From assembly GCA_964106915.2 (NCBI GenBank), contig OZ066921.1: a stretch of 64,000 nucleotides of DNA; one strand, written 5' to 3'. Origin of the DNA: Podarcis gaigeae (lineage: Eukaryota). The number at the start of each line of letters is the position of its first letter. Within the stretch, counting starts at the first letter, position 1. The translations under genes were made by a program, and so were the position numbers. The notes beneath the pieces are model-generated. The model did not search any database, had not been told where the DNA came from, and saw nothing but the letters and a program-made list of their open reading frames with translations. Shown piece by piece: positions 37,928-49,921 of the stretch.

Positions 37928-40019
37928 TACTTAGTAACAATATTTGTATGCCATCCCATAAGGTAAAGTTCTTCCAAGTTCTTGTTCTTGTTGCTGCTGC
38001 CGCCGCCGCGGCTGTTTACTTACTGGAGAAACACCTTTGCAAGCATTCATCTTTGCTATAGTCCTGTGAGACTGACCATGCAAGAGGATGCTGGGGTGTA
38101 ACACATGATTCAAGGGCTGTGTCCCAAGTTTGTTGCAACAAATTCTGGAATGTATCTCTTGGACTTATTGCTGCCCTCTATAAAAAAAAATCTCTGCCAC
38201 CCCAGGAAGCTGACCTTGAGTTGCATATGCAGACAAACAATGCTGACACCACAGCCACATAGTTTCAATCCCCTTTTCACAATGGCCCTCTCAAAGTAGG
38301 TTAGACAGAGAGTGAGCTTTTTGGTTGAACCAGGATTTGAACCCAGGTCTTCTCACTCTAAAGTTCTACACTCAGTCCTTGTACCATAGTGGCTGTCTTT
38401 GAGCCTGAGCATCAAAACAGGGAAATGCCAGGCCTTGCTAGCTCTTCATAAGATATTTTGCATGAGCTCACACACTTCTTAGTACTTGTGTCTGAGGTTA
38501 TAGCACCAGCTGTTCCTAGCCATGTCTTACAGATTAGCAATAAATACAAAGTTGAGGTGCACAGGGACCTTTGTCATAGTAAAAAGTGCCCCTGTTTCTC
38601 TTAAGGAATCAAGAAAGTTGCCACAGTGCACACCTCCCCCCCAAAAAATGTTGAATACAAACAGACACGTACAGAAGAGTTTGAGGACATTGCCTTTATT
38701 AGAAAAAGCTCTGAAGGTTGAGAGAATGCATTCAGGTGACAGAACAGACAGGAGAGAAATATGTATTTGGGAGGCAGGGGATTAGAGAAGAAGCTGTTTT
38801 ATATAGTACTCCCTTATTACAGCCTTTGTTGTTCCTGGAAATATTCTGGTATTATAAAATAAGGTGCCAGATTGTCTCAATTAATTCTGCAATTCTTTCA
38901 ATTAGGGGTTTTGTTGGTTGTTACATAGCAGCTATGATGGAATATTTCAGAAACCCTGAATAATGTGGAAAAAAAAGGTTTTCAGCTCAACATACCCACT
39001 GCCTGTTCTCTCTCTCATTTGTTTGTGACAGTCCCTCTGAACCAACCAAAAATAAAAGCATATTAAAAATTACAGGACTAGCATCATATAACTTTTGCAC
39101 TCCAATTACTCACAACTCAGTCCTATCAAGCTGCAATTATTAATCAAATGATGAGACCAGAAATCAAATCTGTTCTACCCCATGACCTTCTGAAGTTTAG
39201 CTACAGCTATGTTAAAAATGATACTTCAAGAACTATCCACATGTGCTTTGTAGGATCTAATATTCAACTACAAAAATGGTCTGAAATCCATGCATATGTC
39301 AGTCACTCCACTGTGGATAAAATCACCCCTGAACAGGTAACCTGACTATGAAACTACTTGGTGCTCCATAGGCCATTGGCTACATCTAAATTTTAAACAA
39401 TGTCAGGGCTTGGAATTTCCCTCCTCTACATATCAGGAAAATGTTCAGTTTTGCTAGCGTGAAAGAGAACACCAACCCGCAATCCTCTCCCTGGTAAGCT
39501 ATTAGATTGGTAGGGTGTGGAGAGTGACTTTCAGAATATAATAGAATGGGGTGGACCACACAGACCCCACTCCCATCAAATGCTATTGCCATAACTACCA
39601 AATCTCTTGAGGACATGCAGGGCTATAGCACTCCTTAGCAAGATTGCATTTCTAATTAAAAGCGTAAAGTTGCTGGTTGAAGATCTTTTGCTAAGGCTCC
39701 TGCAGTCAGAACCATATTCAACAAATCTGACTTCCAGGTAGATATGCCTTGGACAGCAGTTGTCATGTGCTATAAGTTACTCTTCCTTAAATTTTGTAAA
39801 GAAGGGCGTCTTTACACAACTGCCTGCATTTTTGGACTCTTGTTGAGGATAGTGTGTGGCTGGGGTAAAGGCACTTCATGGATGAGCTGCTGCACTTTAA
39901 AATATACCTGCACCCCATTGCTAAAAGAAAAAAACTGACATTCATGGATACATGTTTTTGATTTGGGTGGGAGTGGGTTTGAATCTAAAGTTTGTCCTAG
40001 ACAACATTATAGTTGCAAA

Positions 40020-41480
40020 GATCTTTTATTAAGGGCGACTCGAGCCAGGTTTTGCTCGTTGCTCACCCTCCCCTCCTATTTTGATAGCCTTATCCATTGG
40101 CGTTTCCTCCTGGCCGCTCTATCTGGCTGGTCTTTAACCCCGCATTAAATTAGCCCAGCAAGAAGCTAGGTGGCACGTTTCGTGAGCAAAGGCGTCACGT
40201 CGAGCCCCCTTGGGTGGCTTGGCGAAGGAGTCTCCGAGGAGGGCATTTCAATGACCCCCCCCCCTCTCCCAGACTGAAGAGCAGGAACCCCCCCGGGGAG
40301 TCTCCTTTTACAGCCCTCTCCGAGGCACTCGGGCTTGGGAGAGGGTGGGAGCGGCGCTGAGCCAAGGAAACTCGAGGGAGCGGACCTCGTCGGTGGGCCA
40401 GGGGCACGGAACGCCCCGCAATTCCCGCGGCCCAGAGCCGTTCCCTCGGGGGCAGTAGCGCTTCTGACAGCAGGAAGCGCTCTTCTTGGAAAAAACTGTT
40501 CCGAGGAAGGGCCGCGGCTGAGGTGTGCACGTAGGCGGTCCCCGGCTCCATCCAGACCGGACTGGGGAAGACTTTCGCCGGTGCCCGGAAGTCTGGAGAA
40601 GTTAACCGCTGCTGGTGAGCGTGGACAAGACTGGGTTAGCTGGAACCCAGCAGCCTGACTTTCGGGCGTCGCAAAGCAAAGGCAGGCGCTGCCTTGGTGG
40701 AAGGGCTGGAGCCCAGAGGCTCTTTCCGTGGCTTGCTCGCTCCAGCCCTGGGCCGGCTTACCTGGGGGGGCGGCGGCGACGGCTCTCCCTCCGAGGGCGC
40801 TCCAAGGCCAGTCGTGCAGCGGCGCAGCGCAGAAGGCGCTCTCGTCGGCCAGCATGGAACGCATGGCGGCCACGTCGTGCCAGGGGCGCCTGCGCGGGTC
40901 CAGCCTGCTCGACGGACGGGCAGAAGGGCGTCTCAGCTGCTCGGGGCTCGCGCGCTCCTCTGCTCGGCCGCGTGCGGAGCTGGGGACCATCGGTCTCCCC
41001 CGGGGGGAGGAGCTCAGCCGCGTGGCGCCCTTCCCTCCGCCCCGGCAACAGGTATTTATTGCGCAGTCCGGGCCGCGGGCCTGCGGATTAATGGCCACTT
41101 GGCACCAACACCGGGGCGGAAGGGGAGGGGGCGCACACTGTGTCCTGCTGCCGCCCTCCCGCTTCAAGCCCCACGAGAGGGGCTGTTCTTGCCCCCCAGA
41201 ACAGACGAGCAGAGCCCTCTGACCTTGAGCAACGCGGGGAACGAAGACGCTTCCCCACCCCAAGCAAACGCCGCTTTCGGTAGCCAGAACCGACAGACTG
41301 CTGACGCCGCCATTTCTTTCTCCTCGAGGGGGCAAAGTGGTGTCCAGAGGGGCTTCTCCTGCTGCCGCTTCGTTCCCTCATGGGAGGGGAAGAAGAGGCT
41401 GAGCTGTTTGTTGCTTGCGAACTTGGTCATCGGCTTCCCGATCCTGGCCCGATTGCTCTGACTGTCAACTAGGTTTCCAG
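40020..41480. promoter_or_regulatory. Orphan CpG island between the CYB5B 3' end and NFAT5 (candidate distal promoter or enhancer)
   Basis: About 1.4 kb of GC/CpG-rich, non-repetitive sequence with GC boxes (41036-41043, 41113-41120), ATTGG and CRE-like motifs. No recognised annotated gene starts here. Confidence 0.8.
40762..40864 (-). CDS. Putative alternative first coding exon of NFAT5, MRSMLADESAFCAAPLHDWPWSALGGRAVAAAPP (103 nt, phase 1)
   Basis: GCCGCCATG start context, open frame and consensus donor CCAG|GTAAGC. Phase matches the NFAT5 acceptors at 13696 and 2021. No transcript evidence is available here. Confidence 0.45.
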
Positions 41481-41738
41481 GCCCGACTCAAAGTGCTGGT
41501 TTTCCCCTATAAAGCCCTAAATGTCTTAGGAGCACAATACCTTAAGGAGTGCCTCTCTCCATATGAACCTACCTGGCCCCTGCGATCATCATGCGGCCCT
41601 TCTTTGTGTGCCTCCTTGTGTTTGTTGGGTTAGATTTTGGGTTTTATTATGCATTTAGTGTTCTCATTTTGTATTTTTATGTTGTTTACCGACGTGATCT
41701 TCAGGTGAAGGGCAGTATACAAATTTAATAAATAATAA
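41465..41738 (+). mobile_element. Degraded L2-like LINE 3' fragment
   Basis: Peptide KVLVFPYKALNVLGAQYLKECL and 3' terminus gaagggcagtatacaaatttaataaataataa. Confidence 0.65.
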
Positions 41739-44700
41739 GGAAGGAGCTCAAACTCCCTCATCATTTTAGTTATCCCTTTTCAGCACCATGATAGCATCTT
41801 TGAGATGGGGCACCACAGAACTTGCCCCCAGGGCAGCTGGAGAGAGAAACAAAACAACCCAGTACTGAGGATGGTGCCAAGCTTGCTTTGCACCTTTTGT
41901 TTTCCTTTAAGTAACAGGGCTAACTTGAGTAGTCACTTTTCTTCTTGAGGACTGCCCACTTACTACTCCATAGCATAGCAACACCAAGACCAAGCACAGG
42001 AAGCTGTCTTATCCAAAATCAAATCTTTTGGTCCGCCTTGCTAAGTTTTACACCAACTTGCAGCAACTTACACCAACTTGCAGCTGCTGTCCATGGTTTC
42101 AGATGGGATTTTCCTAGCCCTGCCTCAAGATGCCATCGGGGATGCATGCAAAGCAGATGCTTCTCCCCTGAGCTGTGGCCCTCCCCTCCCCCTTCAACGA
42201 AACAGGGTCAGAAGAAAGGGAGAAGAGCTCCATTTTCTTCCCTGAAATAGGCTTCCCCCATAGTGTCCCAACAGCACTCAAGTCAGGCAGGGCTGGTGGC
42301 TAATGAGGAAAAAATGAAGAGTTACAGGGGGCTTGCGATGGGAACCAAAATCCAAATTTCACCAACCATTATAATCACCCCGTATTCCAAGGGTAGCCAG
42401 CATTACACTCTTCAGGTGTTCTGGACTGCAACTCCCATCATCCCTGACCATTGGGCATGTGGGCTGGGACTGATTTGACTTCTAGTCCAAAACATCTGGA
42501 GGGCAATAAATTGGCAACCTCTGCCTAATTTCAGTTCAGTTCTCTTGGTGCCATCACACATGTAATAAAAGCAGCAAGAGCCACACTGAAGTAGGAAGTA
42601 GAGTGGGTTATTGTTCATAAAAGCTTCCGCCACAACAAAACAGCTAGCCTTTAAGGCAGCAAAACACTTTTTTGTTGGTTTTGTTGAGAAAAAGTAGGCA
42701 CCTGACACCAGGCACCTGTTCCTTCACACTCTCACTGCCTCACTTTGGACAACTTCCTGTCTTGGAAAGGAGGGGTTTGAAGGCTCCACACTTAAACACC
42801 TTTTTTGTGGGGGCTCCATTTATATACACTACTAGTGAATTCATTATCCAGCCACCAGACATTTTGTAGGCAGAATAGCACCATCCAAGGGAGGTACCAG
42901 CAGGTGTGGGGTAATCCTAAAATATGCAGAAATACAAAGGGGGGTGTATAAAATAACACAAAACCCTTTTATAAAAATATAAATAAAGGGAGAGAAAGCC
43001 CCCAGAAGAGCTTAGTGAGACTTGAGTATGCTATGGGGGCACAGAATGCTGGTTGGCTCTTTGGAGGGATGGAAGGGAATGAGTGGAAACCTGAACAAGA
43101 GCATTTCACACTGCAACACTTTTTAACAATAGTGGTGCAACAATAAAACTGCTAGCACATTTGCAAAGCTGAGCAGCGTCCAGTAGGGTTCAAATAGGAT
43201 GGGGGACCACGTGTTGTGATTCCAGCATTGCAGGGGATTGGACTAAACGACCCTCAGGGTCCCTTCCAACTCTACAATTCTATGATTCAGATATATATTC
43301 TGTTGTGGTCATTTATATTGCTACGTGACAGGTTTTTCCTCTGCCTCAATTGTTTTTCCTCTTCTTCGGGTTCTCTGGTGTTCCTGTATTTTTGTTTTTG
43401 GATTTCCTTCCTTGAAAAATCAATAAAAATCAAGTTTAAAAAAATGTCTTGTGGATATAAACCAGGCAGATTAGCCTGCACAAATTCAACCAGATTTATA
43501 TTTGTCTTTGGGATCACCTTTGGGAAATGAAAAAATTAATTTCTAAGATGCTGGTGCAACAGCAACAGCAAGTGCAACTAACATAGTCAATGACAACTTT
43601 TAACACAGGCTCGGGGTTTTAAGAAAGGAACCCTGAACATGTAGAATGTCTGCACTCCAACCCCCTCCTCTGAACCAGACAGCTTCTTGAGTGTTTACCA
43701 TCATAACTGCTATTCCAGACAGATTAGTTTCCAAGACAACAAGATCTGAACCTTGGATTTACAGCGAGGGAGAACTGAGATACATGCATATATCTAGCTC
43801 CCTTATCATCTAAATTCAACAGACACAAGAACAGACCCAAGCCTGTCAGCCAGTCTTCAGAGAATCACCCATAGAACCAATTTAACTGCTGGCTGCATTT
43901 TTTCTTCTTTTTGCATTGATGTTTTTAAGGCTTTTATGTTCTCTCAGATATATATGTAGGCAAAAAACTGTTGACCAAACATTGCTAGAAAACTAATTTT
44001 AAAGAAACATGATTATGCATATCTGTTTACGAGACTCTTTCCAAAACAGTGTAAGTCACCTGACCTTAGCAAAAACAGCCTTGATCTCAGCAAACAGTCA
44101 AACTGGTGAGGACTGTGGACAGCGTAGTAACAGACAAGAGAAAAACCCTGGAGGGTTAGTTTCAAACTGTCAAGATATGTAACTGAAGATTATACTAAGA
44201 ACTGGGTTTATTCAGTGCTTAGGCCTGAGGGGTTCAGAGCCATAAATGAACTACTCTAAACCCCCAAAGTTATCCAATAGAAAACTGCCATCTCAAGACA
44301 AGCCACTAGTTTTACACTAGATGTTACTTATGCCGAAATTTCCTTTAAGAAGCTATAGTTCTTGACCTCCCATGAAGAAAGGCAACATTAAAATTATATT
44401 AGTGGATAACTTTAGCTTCATGGCTGTCCTTCCCCTTCACACACTAGATTCAAATTTAAGGCAAAATTAGGGGGAGTATGTGAGAAGGAAGGGAATTATC
44501 CCAGCACAATGCCTGTCTTGTGCTGCTTGCTTGCATTGTTTCAGGCTTCAGAGCAAATGAAAAAGCACAAACCTTAAAGGTATCCTCATCTCTTGTTTCA
44601 ACCCTAGAGGCACAATTTCCTTCAGCTTCCTTCTCTCCCTCAGTGTTGATACCAACTTGCTTGCACTAAGAACATAGCAAGCTTTTCTGGTACAAAGTTG

Positions 44701-44872
44701 GTGAAAGAGCCACTAGCTTTGTACCACACCAGCTTCTTGGAGTTCTACGCTCAAATAGGGCATTAAGAGCAGAAGCAGAAGGGCAGGCGAGTGATGGCCA
44801 GTTCCAGCTTTGCCAGAGGTAGCAGAATCAGTCAGGAAAACAAGGCCGCTGACCAGAGTAATTGGAGAGTCC

Positions 44873-44878
44873 TTTATT
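44873..44878 (-). terminator. Candidate CYB5B polyadenylation signal (AATAAA)
   Basis: Minus-strand AATAAA ~555 nt after the stop codon, followed by a U/GU-rich stretch (CCTTGTTTTCCTG). Confidence 0.5.
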
Positions 44879-45432
44879 ACAGATCAGGCAGATTAAAAAG
44901 GCAGACAGTTAGGACTATGTAAACCAGAAGACTGAAACAAAAATGTACCCATTTAACAGTTTCAAAAACCATGTACGGAAAGAAGCTGAAGGAAAACACC
45001 CGAGAAGAGGCAGGTGTGCCGCCGTTCCCAGTCTGCGCTGTGCTGGTGGAGCCATTTCTCTTGCTGGTCTCCTGCTAAAGAGGAATGTTGACAGCATGCC
45101 ATCTCATTCTGCTGGTACTTAATGGGACAGGCTGGCATGGATCAGAGGCACCATCACGACGAACCAGAAGCTGCTGGATGAAAAGTGACTCATGGTCAAT
45201 GGTGACAGAAATGCCATGCCATGGAATGGCAGGAAGTTGCTGTTTCTGCAGTTACAAGAAAGATAACAGTGGGCCCCACCAAATTCCCGCTTGGCTTTGC
45301 AGACACCAGGGCTGCTGGACTGACTGATACAAGTGAAGGACAACATCTAGGTGTTCATCAGAATTTAGTAAGACCCCACCATTTTTAGTGGCAAGGCATG
45401 GTTTCCAGTCCTAAAGGTTCAGCAAGGTCAAA

Positions 45433-45523
45433 TCAGGAGGATTTCCCATCCATCACGTAGTAGCGATACATCAATCCCAAGACTATGGCTCCCAAAACAG
45501 GGATCAGCCAGACTGTCCAGAAA
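45433..45523 (-). CDS. CYB5B: CYB5B exon 5 (last coding): transmembrane tail anchor FWTVWLIPVLGAIVLGLMYRYYVMDGKSS*
   Basis: Acceptor cctttttcctcag|T (phase 2). Hydrophobic helix followed by a short R/K tail, typical of outer-mitochondrial-membrane b5. TGA at 45435-45433. Confidence 0.95.
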
Positions 45524-46044
45524 CTGAGGAAAAAGGCAAGAGGGGGGGTGTATAAAGTTACATTTATGTTAAATGCACTTAAAACAGGAGAATTCTTTTC
45601 TAGAATCTTTTTCTGTCATAGTTCTGTGAGCAAAGTCTTAACAATTCTATCCATTCATTTATAGGTATAGATAAAAACCTAAGGCAGTTCATTCCTACCC
45701 AATAAGTATGGTTGCTTCAGAACTTTCCACTAGTTTCAGCCTGCATGTAGCTACCAGTTAAATACATTATCATGGCTAAGTAAGGAATCTCATACAACAC
45801 AGGAGCAGCAAAGATGGCACAAGATTTACAGATATGTAAAAATAAAATATTTATAGGACTAATTTAGATGGTCATTCCACAGATCATAGTATGTAACAAC
45901 AAAGCCTAGAATGATGCATGATTAAGATGCTGGTGCAGGAGGCTGATCCATACAAATGTTGAAGTACCATAGATCTATTTAGAAACCAGGCTGACTTAGA
46001 AATAACTTGCTTGTTTACTCTATTGGCAGAGCAGAATACCATAC

Positions 46045-46076
46045 CTTGATTCTTTCGAGGGAGACTTGTTTGGAAC
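46045..46076 (-). CDS. CYB5B: CYB5B exon 4 (32 nt), VPNKSPSKES(S)
   Basis: Acceptor ttttgtcttctcag|GTT; donor AAG|gtatgg. Phases 0/2 link exons 3 and 5 in frame. Confidence 0.88.
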
Positions 46077-46541
46077 CTGAGAAGACAAAACAAACACACA
46101 TTTCGTGTACATTTTATAAAACATGCAAGCTGAAATTATAGGTTATGAAATGGTCTGGTTCACATGTCATGGCAACCTATGGGTTATGGCTTGCTATGAA
46201 TATTTAGCATGGCCTGGCTGGACAAATAAACCACCAGGCTTGACTTAGCCCCCCCCCCTTTCTAAACAAACCACATGCCTCAGTTTGCATGTAACGCCAA
46301 GCCTTCTGGTTTGTTTGTTTCTGTGCTAGCCAGGTTGGAGTAAAGTGGGAGTGATTAAGCAGCCTGCACCAGCTTTCTGCTCATTTACAATATACCATGG
46401 TTTATTGTTTACTGTGACATATGACCAGTCCAATTTGAGCAAAGGTGGGTAATAGTATTGAGATGACCCTGGAAGAAGGAACGAATGGGAGGATTTTTTT
46501 CTGGATATTCATTCTCTGCCCTGGTTCTTCACCTATTCATT

Positions 46542-46753
46542 TAGTGGTACCTTGGGTTACATATGCTGCAGGTTACAGACTCCGCTAACCCAGAAATATT
46601 ACCTTGGGTTAAGAACTTTGCTTCAGGATGAGAACAGAAATTGCGTGGCAGCGGGAGGCCCCATTAGCTAAAGTGGTGCTTCAGGTTAAGAACAGTTTCA
46701 GGTTAAGAACAGACCTCCAGAACGAATTAAGTTCTTAACCCGAGGTACCACTA
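46542..46753. mobile_element. Tc1/mariner MITE (same family as 60485 and 62979)
   Basis: TIRs agtggtacctt / gaggtaccact; internal sequence shared with the other two copies. Confidence 0.85.
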
Positions 46754-46871
46754 TACTCTCTCAACATGTTCCATTCTTCCCAACAACTATGTCTGGGCAC
46801 ACATTTAGTTTCTCTTCAGTCTCTCTTCCATGTTCTATAAGTACTTGGGCACTTTTCATAGGGATGCTCTT

Positions 46872-47007
46872 CAGGCATTCCCAACCTTCAGCCATCCAGA
46901 TGTTTTGGACTACAATTCCCATCATTCCTGACCACTGGTCCTGTTAGCTAGGGATCATGGGAGTTGTAGGCCAAAACATCTGGAGGGCTGAAGGTTGGGG
47001 ATGCCTG
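46872..47007. mobile_element. Palindromic hAT-derived MITE (ggactacaattcccatc family; degraded relatives near 19860, 35470, 42410, 48545, 53015, 60875)
   Basis: Near-perfect long inverted repeat caggcattcccaaccttcagcc...ggctgaaggttggggatgcctg. Confidence 0.8.
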
Positions 47008-48395
47008 TCTTAGACAATCACTGTTTGCCAGTTGCTGTGTGTTCCTTTGCTTTCTTATTTGCTGCTGTGATCAATAAGGTTCCTCTCCATGACTACAAGG
47101 CTCAGTCACCAAGCAGAGACTTCCCATAACAATACAAGCCATGTGTTGTGCTGCTTTTTTGCCCTTGCTTGTTGGCCTGAATTTTGAGTTCCCCACTGTT
47201 CACCATCCAGACATGTCTTAACAGCAACTCTATGTAAAGTACACAGCTTGGTGTCCTTAAGACACATTCCACATACTGGTTTAGCCTCACACCCAGCAGC
47301 CACACATGGACTCTTCATTACAAGCACAACTCTTGCCCTCAATTCAAAATGCGACATCATGAAAAGCCAGACTGAGCAATTGCCTCTCCATGTAATGGAG
47401 GGAAGTTACAAAAAGGTGCCTTTGCCTTTAAGATGTGAATAGTTCCCTTATTGCAAAGCTGCAAATGCCAAGTGACAGCAGCATCATTGTGAAAAGGGCT
47501 GTCTAAAGCAGTGCTGTTCACCGGCCAAATCTCCTAGCCAAGCGTGAAGAGAAGCCAATTGTTAAACATGCACATAACTCCTTAATGAGATTCCATTTAA
47601 CACTCCCAGCGCCAGCGCCAGTCCTAAGCCTTCCTTTGGCACCCATCCCATGTGTCTCCAATCTGTCGCCTGAGCTCTGAGCAGCAATGCTAAAGGGGGC
47701 TTGCTGAAATAATGTAACTTCTTTGCTTTACCAAGTTCAGGTAGCCTTTCTGTGCACCCAATGCAAGCAGCTTGGACACAAAGAGTGGCTGGCATTCTCT
47801 CTTGTACCTCGTGTTTGGCAGATCCAGGACAGGAGACCTCTTTGCTTCTTGTAGCAAAGATAAGAAACTGGGATGGGGCAAAAAAGCCCAGGGGAGAGGA
47901 GAATCTTATCCAATTCCCCTTGGAGGATGCAGGCACAAGCCAAGAGGGATTGTATGGCAAGAAGTGACTATCAAATACTTGTTCTTAATTTATTTATAAT
48001 TTGTATTCACCTTTAGAAAACCATATGTATTTACAAAGAAAAGTTAACAAAAAATAAAGAAACTGCAAATATTACATTAAAAATAATGGTATATATTATG
48101 CCATCTCTAATAAATATTTTGGATCATGTCAAGACTGTGCCTTGTTATACCTATCTTCAATAAACATTGCCCAATTCTGTCTGAACTTATTAAGTTTCTA
48201 CAGAAACAGAACCTTGTTTTTAACTTGTTAAAATTACGATGGCCTGTGGCAGTGCAAATAAATATACTGACCATGAAAAATGTTGTGAGTCTAAGACACC
48301 AAGCACAGAAGCAATTTGCTTGCAGTATTGTACTATGTGGTAGGTTATATGACTGCTGTTTGTTTCTACATGCAAAGGTTATTGAAAAAGGGAAG

Positions 48396-48536
48396 NNNNN
48401 NNNNNNNNNNNNNNNNNNNNNNNNNNNNNNNNNNNNNNNNNNNNNNNNNNNNNNNNNNNNNNNNNNNNNNNNNNNNNNNNNNNNNNNNNNNNNNNNNNNN
48501 NNNNNNNNNNNNNNNNNNNNNNNNNNNNNNNNNNNN
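48396..48536. other. Assembly gap (N run)
   Basis: N bases. Confidence 1.
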
Positions 48537-49529
48537 ACCAACTGTGCTAGCTAGGAATGATATGGGTTGTAGTCCAAAATATCTAGAGGACATCAGAATG
48601 GGGAAGGCTGAAATACAGAATATCAGAGCAGATATCAAAGATGGAAGTACTACTGCCAGAACAAGGAATTTTTACCTGCCTCTAAGAGTTGCCCTACTTC
48701 TGTTGATCAAAGAGATTGTTCAAAACAGAAATTATGGATGGCTACTTTCAGGGGGACTGTATGACAAAGAGTCTTCCCATCATTTCCTCCCTATAAAATA
48801 GCCCAACATAAAGTGGAAAAAGAGATGTCCAAGAGAAATCCACTAATCTGCATTCAACCTACAGATTAAGCAATGCTATATTTCAGAGGTAGCGGCAATA
48901 AGACAGTTGCATTTGTGGTGAAAAGCTAAGAACCCTGTGGAAAGTTGAGAAGAGATGCTAAGAGATTTAGGGACCAACAACTCTGAGCTGAATTCCACAG
49001 GCTGAGACATGAAGCTGGAAGGACAATGCAGCAGACCGTCTGAGGTGCCCCTGTAAGTCAGAGAGGTCTGCTTTGGAAACCAAGAAAAGCCTTTCGCAAA
49101 CAGAAACTTGCCGCACCACCAAAGAAACCCAATCCATGAGCGGGAAGGGTGCTGTTCCAGTAAGGGCAATTTAGAAATAGCCACATTTTTTGGTGGCTAC
49201 TCATGACAGACAATGACATCAGCAGAGAGAGAGACAGCACAAACAGAGAAGTCTTAAGAAGAGATCCAAGTCTATATCAAGTCAATCCAATCAAAGGCTT
49301 TCTGTGAAGAAAGCACTATAGCCCTCAGTATTGAAGGCCCTCTCCAATGGAACCCTGTTGCGATTGTAAAAGCCCCCTCTCTCTACCCCAATCAGCTCTC
49401 TCCCTCCACTTCACCATATTCCTAGTCTGCCCATTTTGTATGAGCTGATTTCTTGTGGGCCGTCTATCTCTTTTTGTTCCCTTCTCCTCACACCAAGCCA
49501 CCTCCTGCCATGCCACTATTGCGGGGGGG

Positions 49530-49921
49530 AGGTAAAGGACCCCTGGATGGTTAAGTCTAGTCAAAGGCAACTATGGGGTGTGGCGCTCATCTTGCTTCAC
49601 ACTAAGAGAGCCACCGTTTTCCACAGACAGCTTTCTGGGTCACGTGGCCAGCATGACTAAACGGCTTCTGGCGCAACAGGACACCGTGACAAGTGCCAGA
49701 GTGCATGAAAATGCTGGTTACCTGCCCCCTGTAGCAGTACCTATTTATCTATTCACACTGGTATGCTTTTGAGCACAGCATACTTTTGAGGATAGCATAC
49801 TTTTGAGTGGATGGCGCTGTGGTCTAAACCACTGAGCCTCTTTAGCTTGCCGATCAAAAGGTCAGTGGTTTGAACCTGCTCAAGGGGGTGAGCTCCCAGT
49901 GCTCTGTCCCAGCTCCTGCAA
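49530..49921 (-). mobile_element. Sauria SINE with inverted 5' portion
   Basis: 3' half on minus (49530-~49772), 5' half on plus (~49807-49921); TSD ATGCCACTAT at 49510-49519 and 49922-49931. Confidence 0.82.

Noticed and set aside
40854-41051. Plus-strand exon candidate (GCCAGCATGG ... CAG|GTATTT)
   Set aside because: Good Kozak context but weaker donor, and no plus-strand downstream exons; it would run antisense into CYB5B.
41321-41335. CTCF-like CCTCGAGGGGGCA at the island edge
   Set aside because: Several mismatches to the core, and such matches are common in GC-rich DNA.
40166-41461. 389-aa and 255-aa ORFs as stand-alone genes
   Set aside because: No recognisable domain; GC artefact. 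Only the 40864-40762 segment has start and donor support.
42048-42084. 20-bp-period tandem duplication ttacaccaacttgcagc
   Set aside because: Simple slippage duplication inside a degraded repeat; not CRISPR-like or evidently functional.
13696-46045. CYB5B-NFAT5 read-through fusion protein
   Set aside because: CYB5B donors are phase 0 or 2 and NFAT5 acceptors are phase 1, so there is no in-frame fusion.
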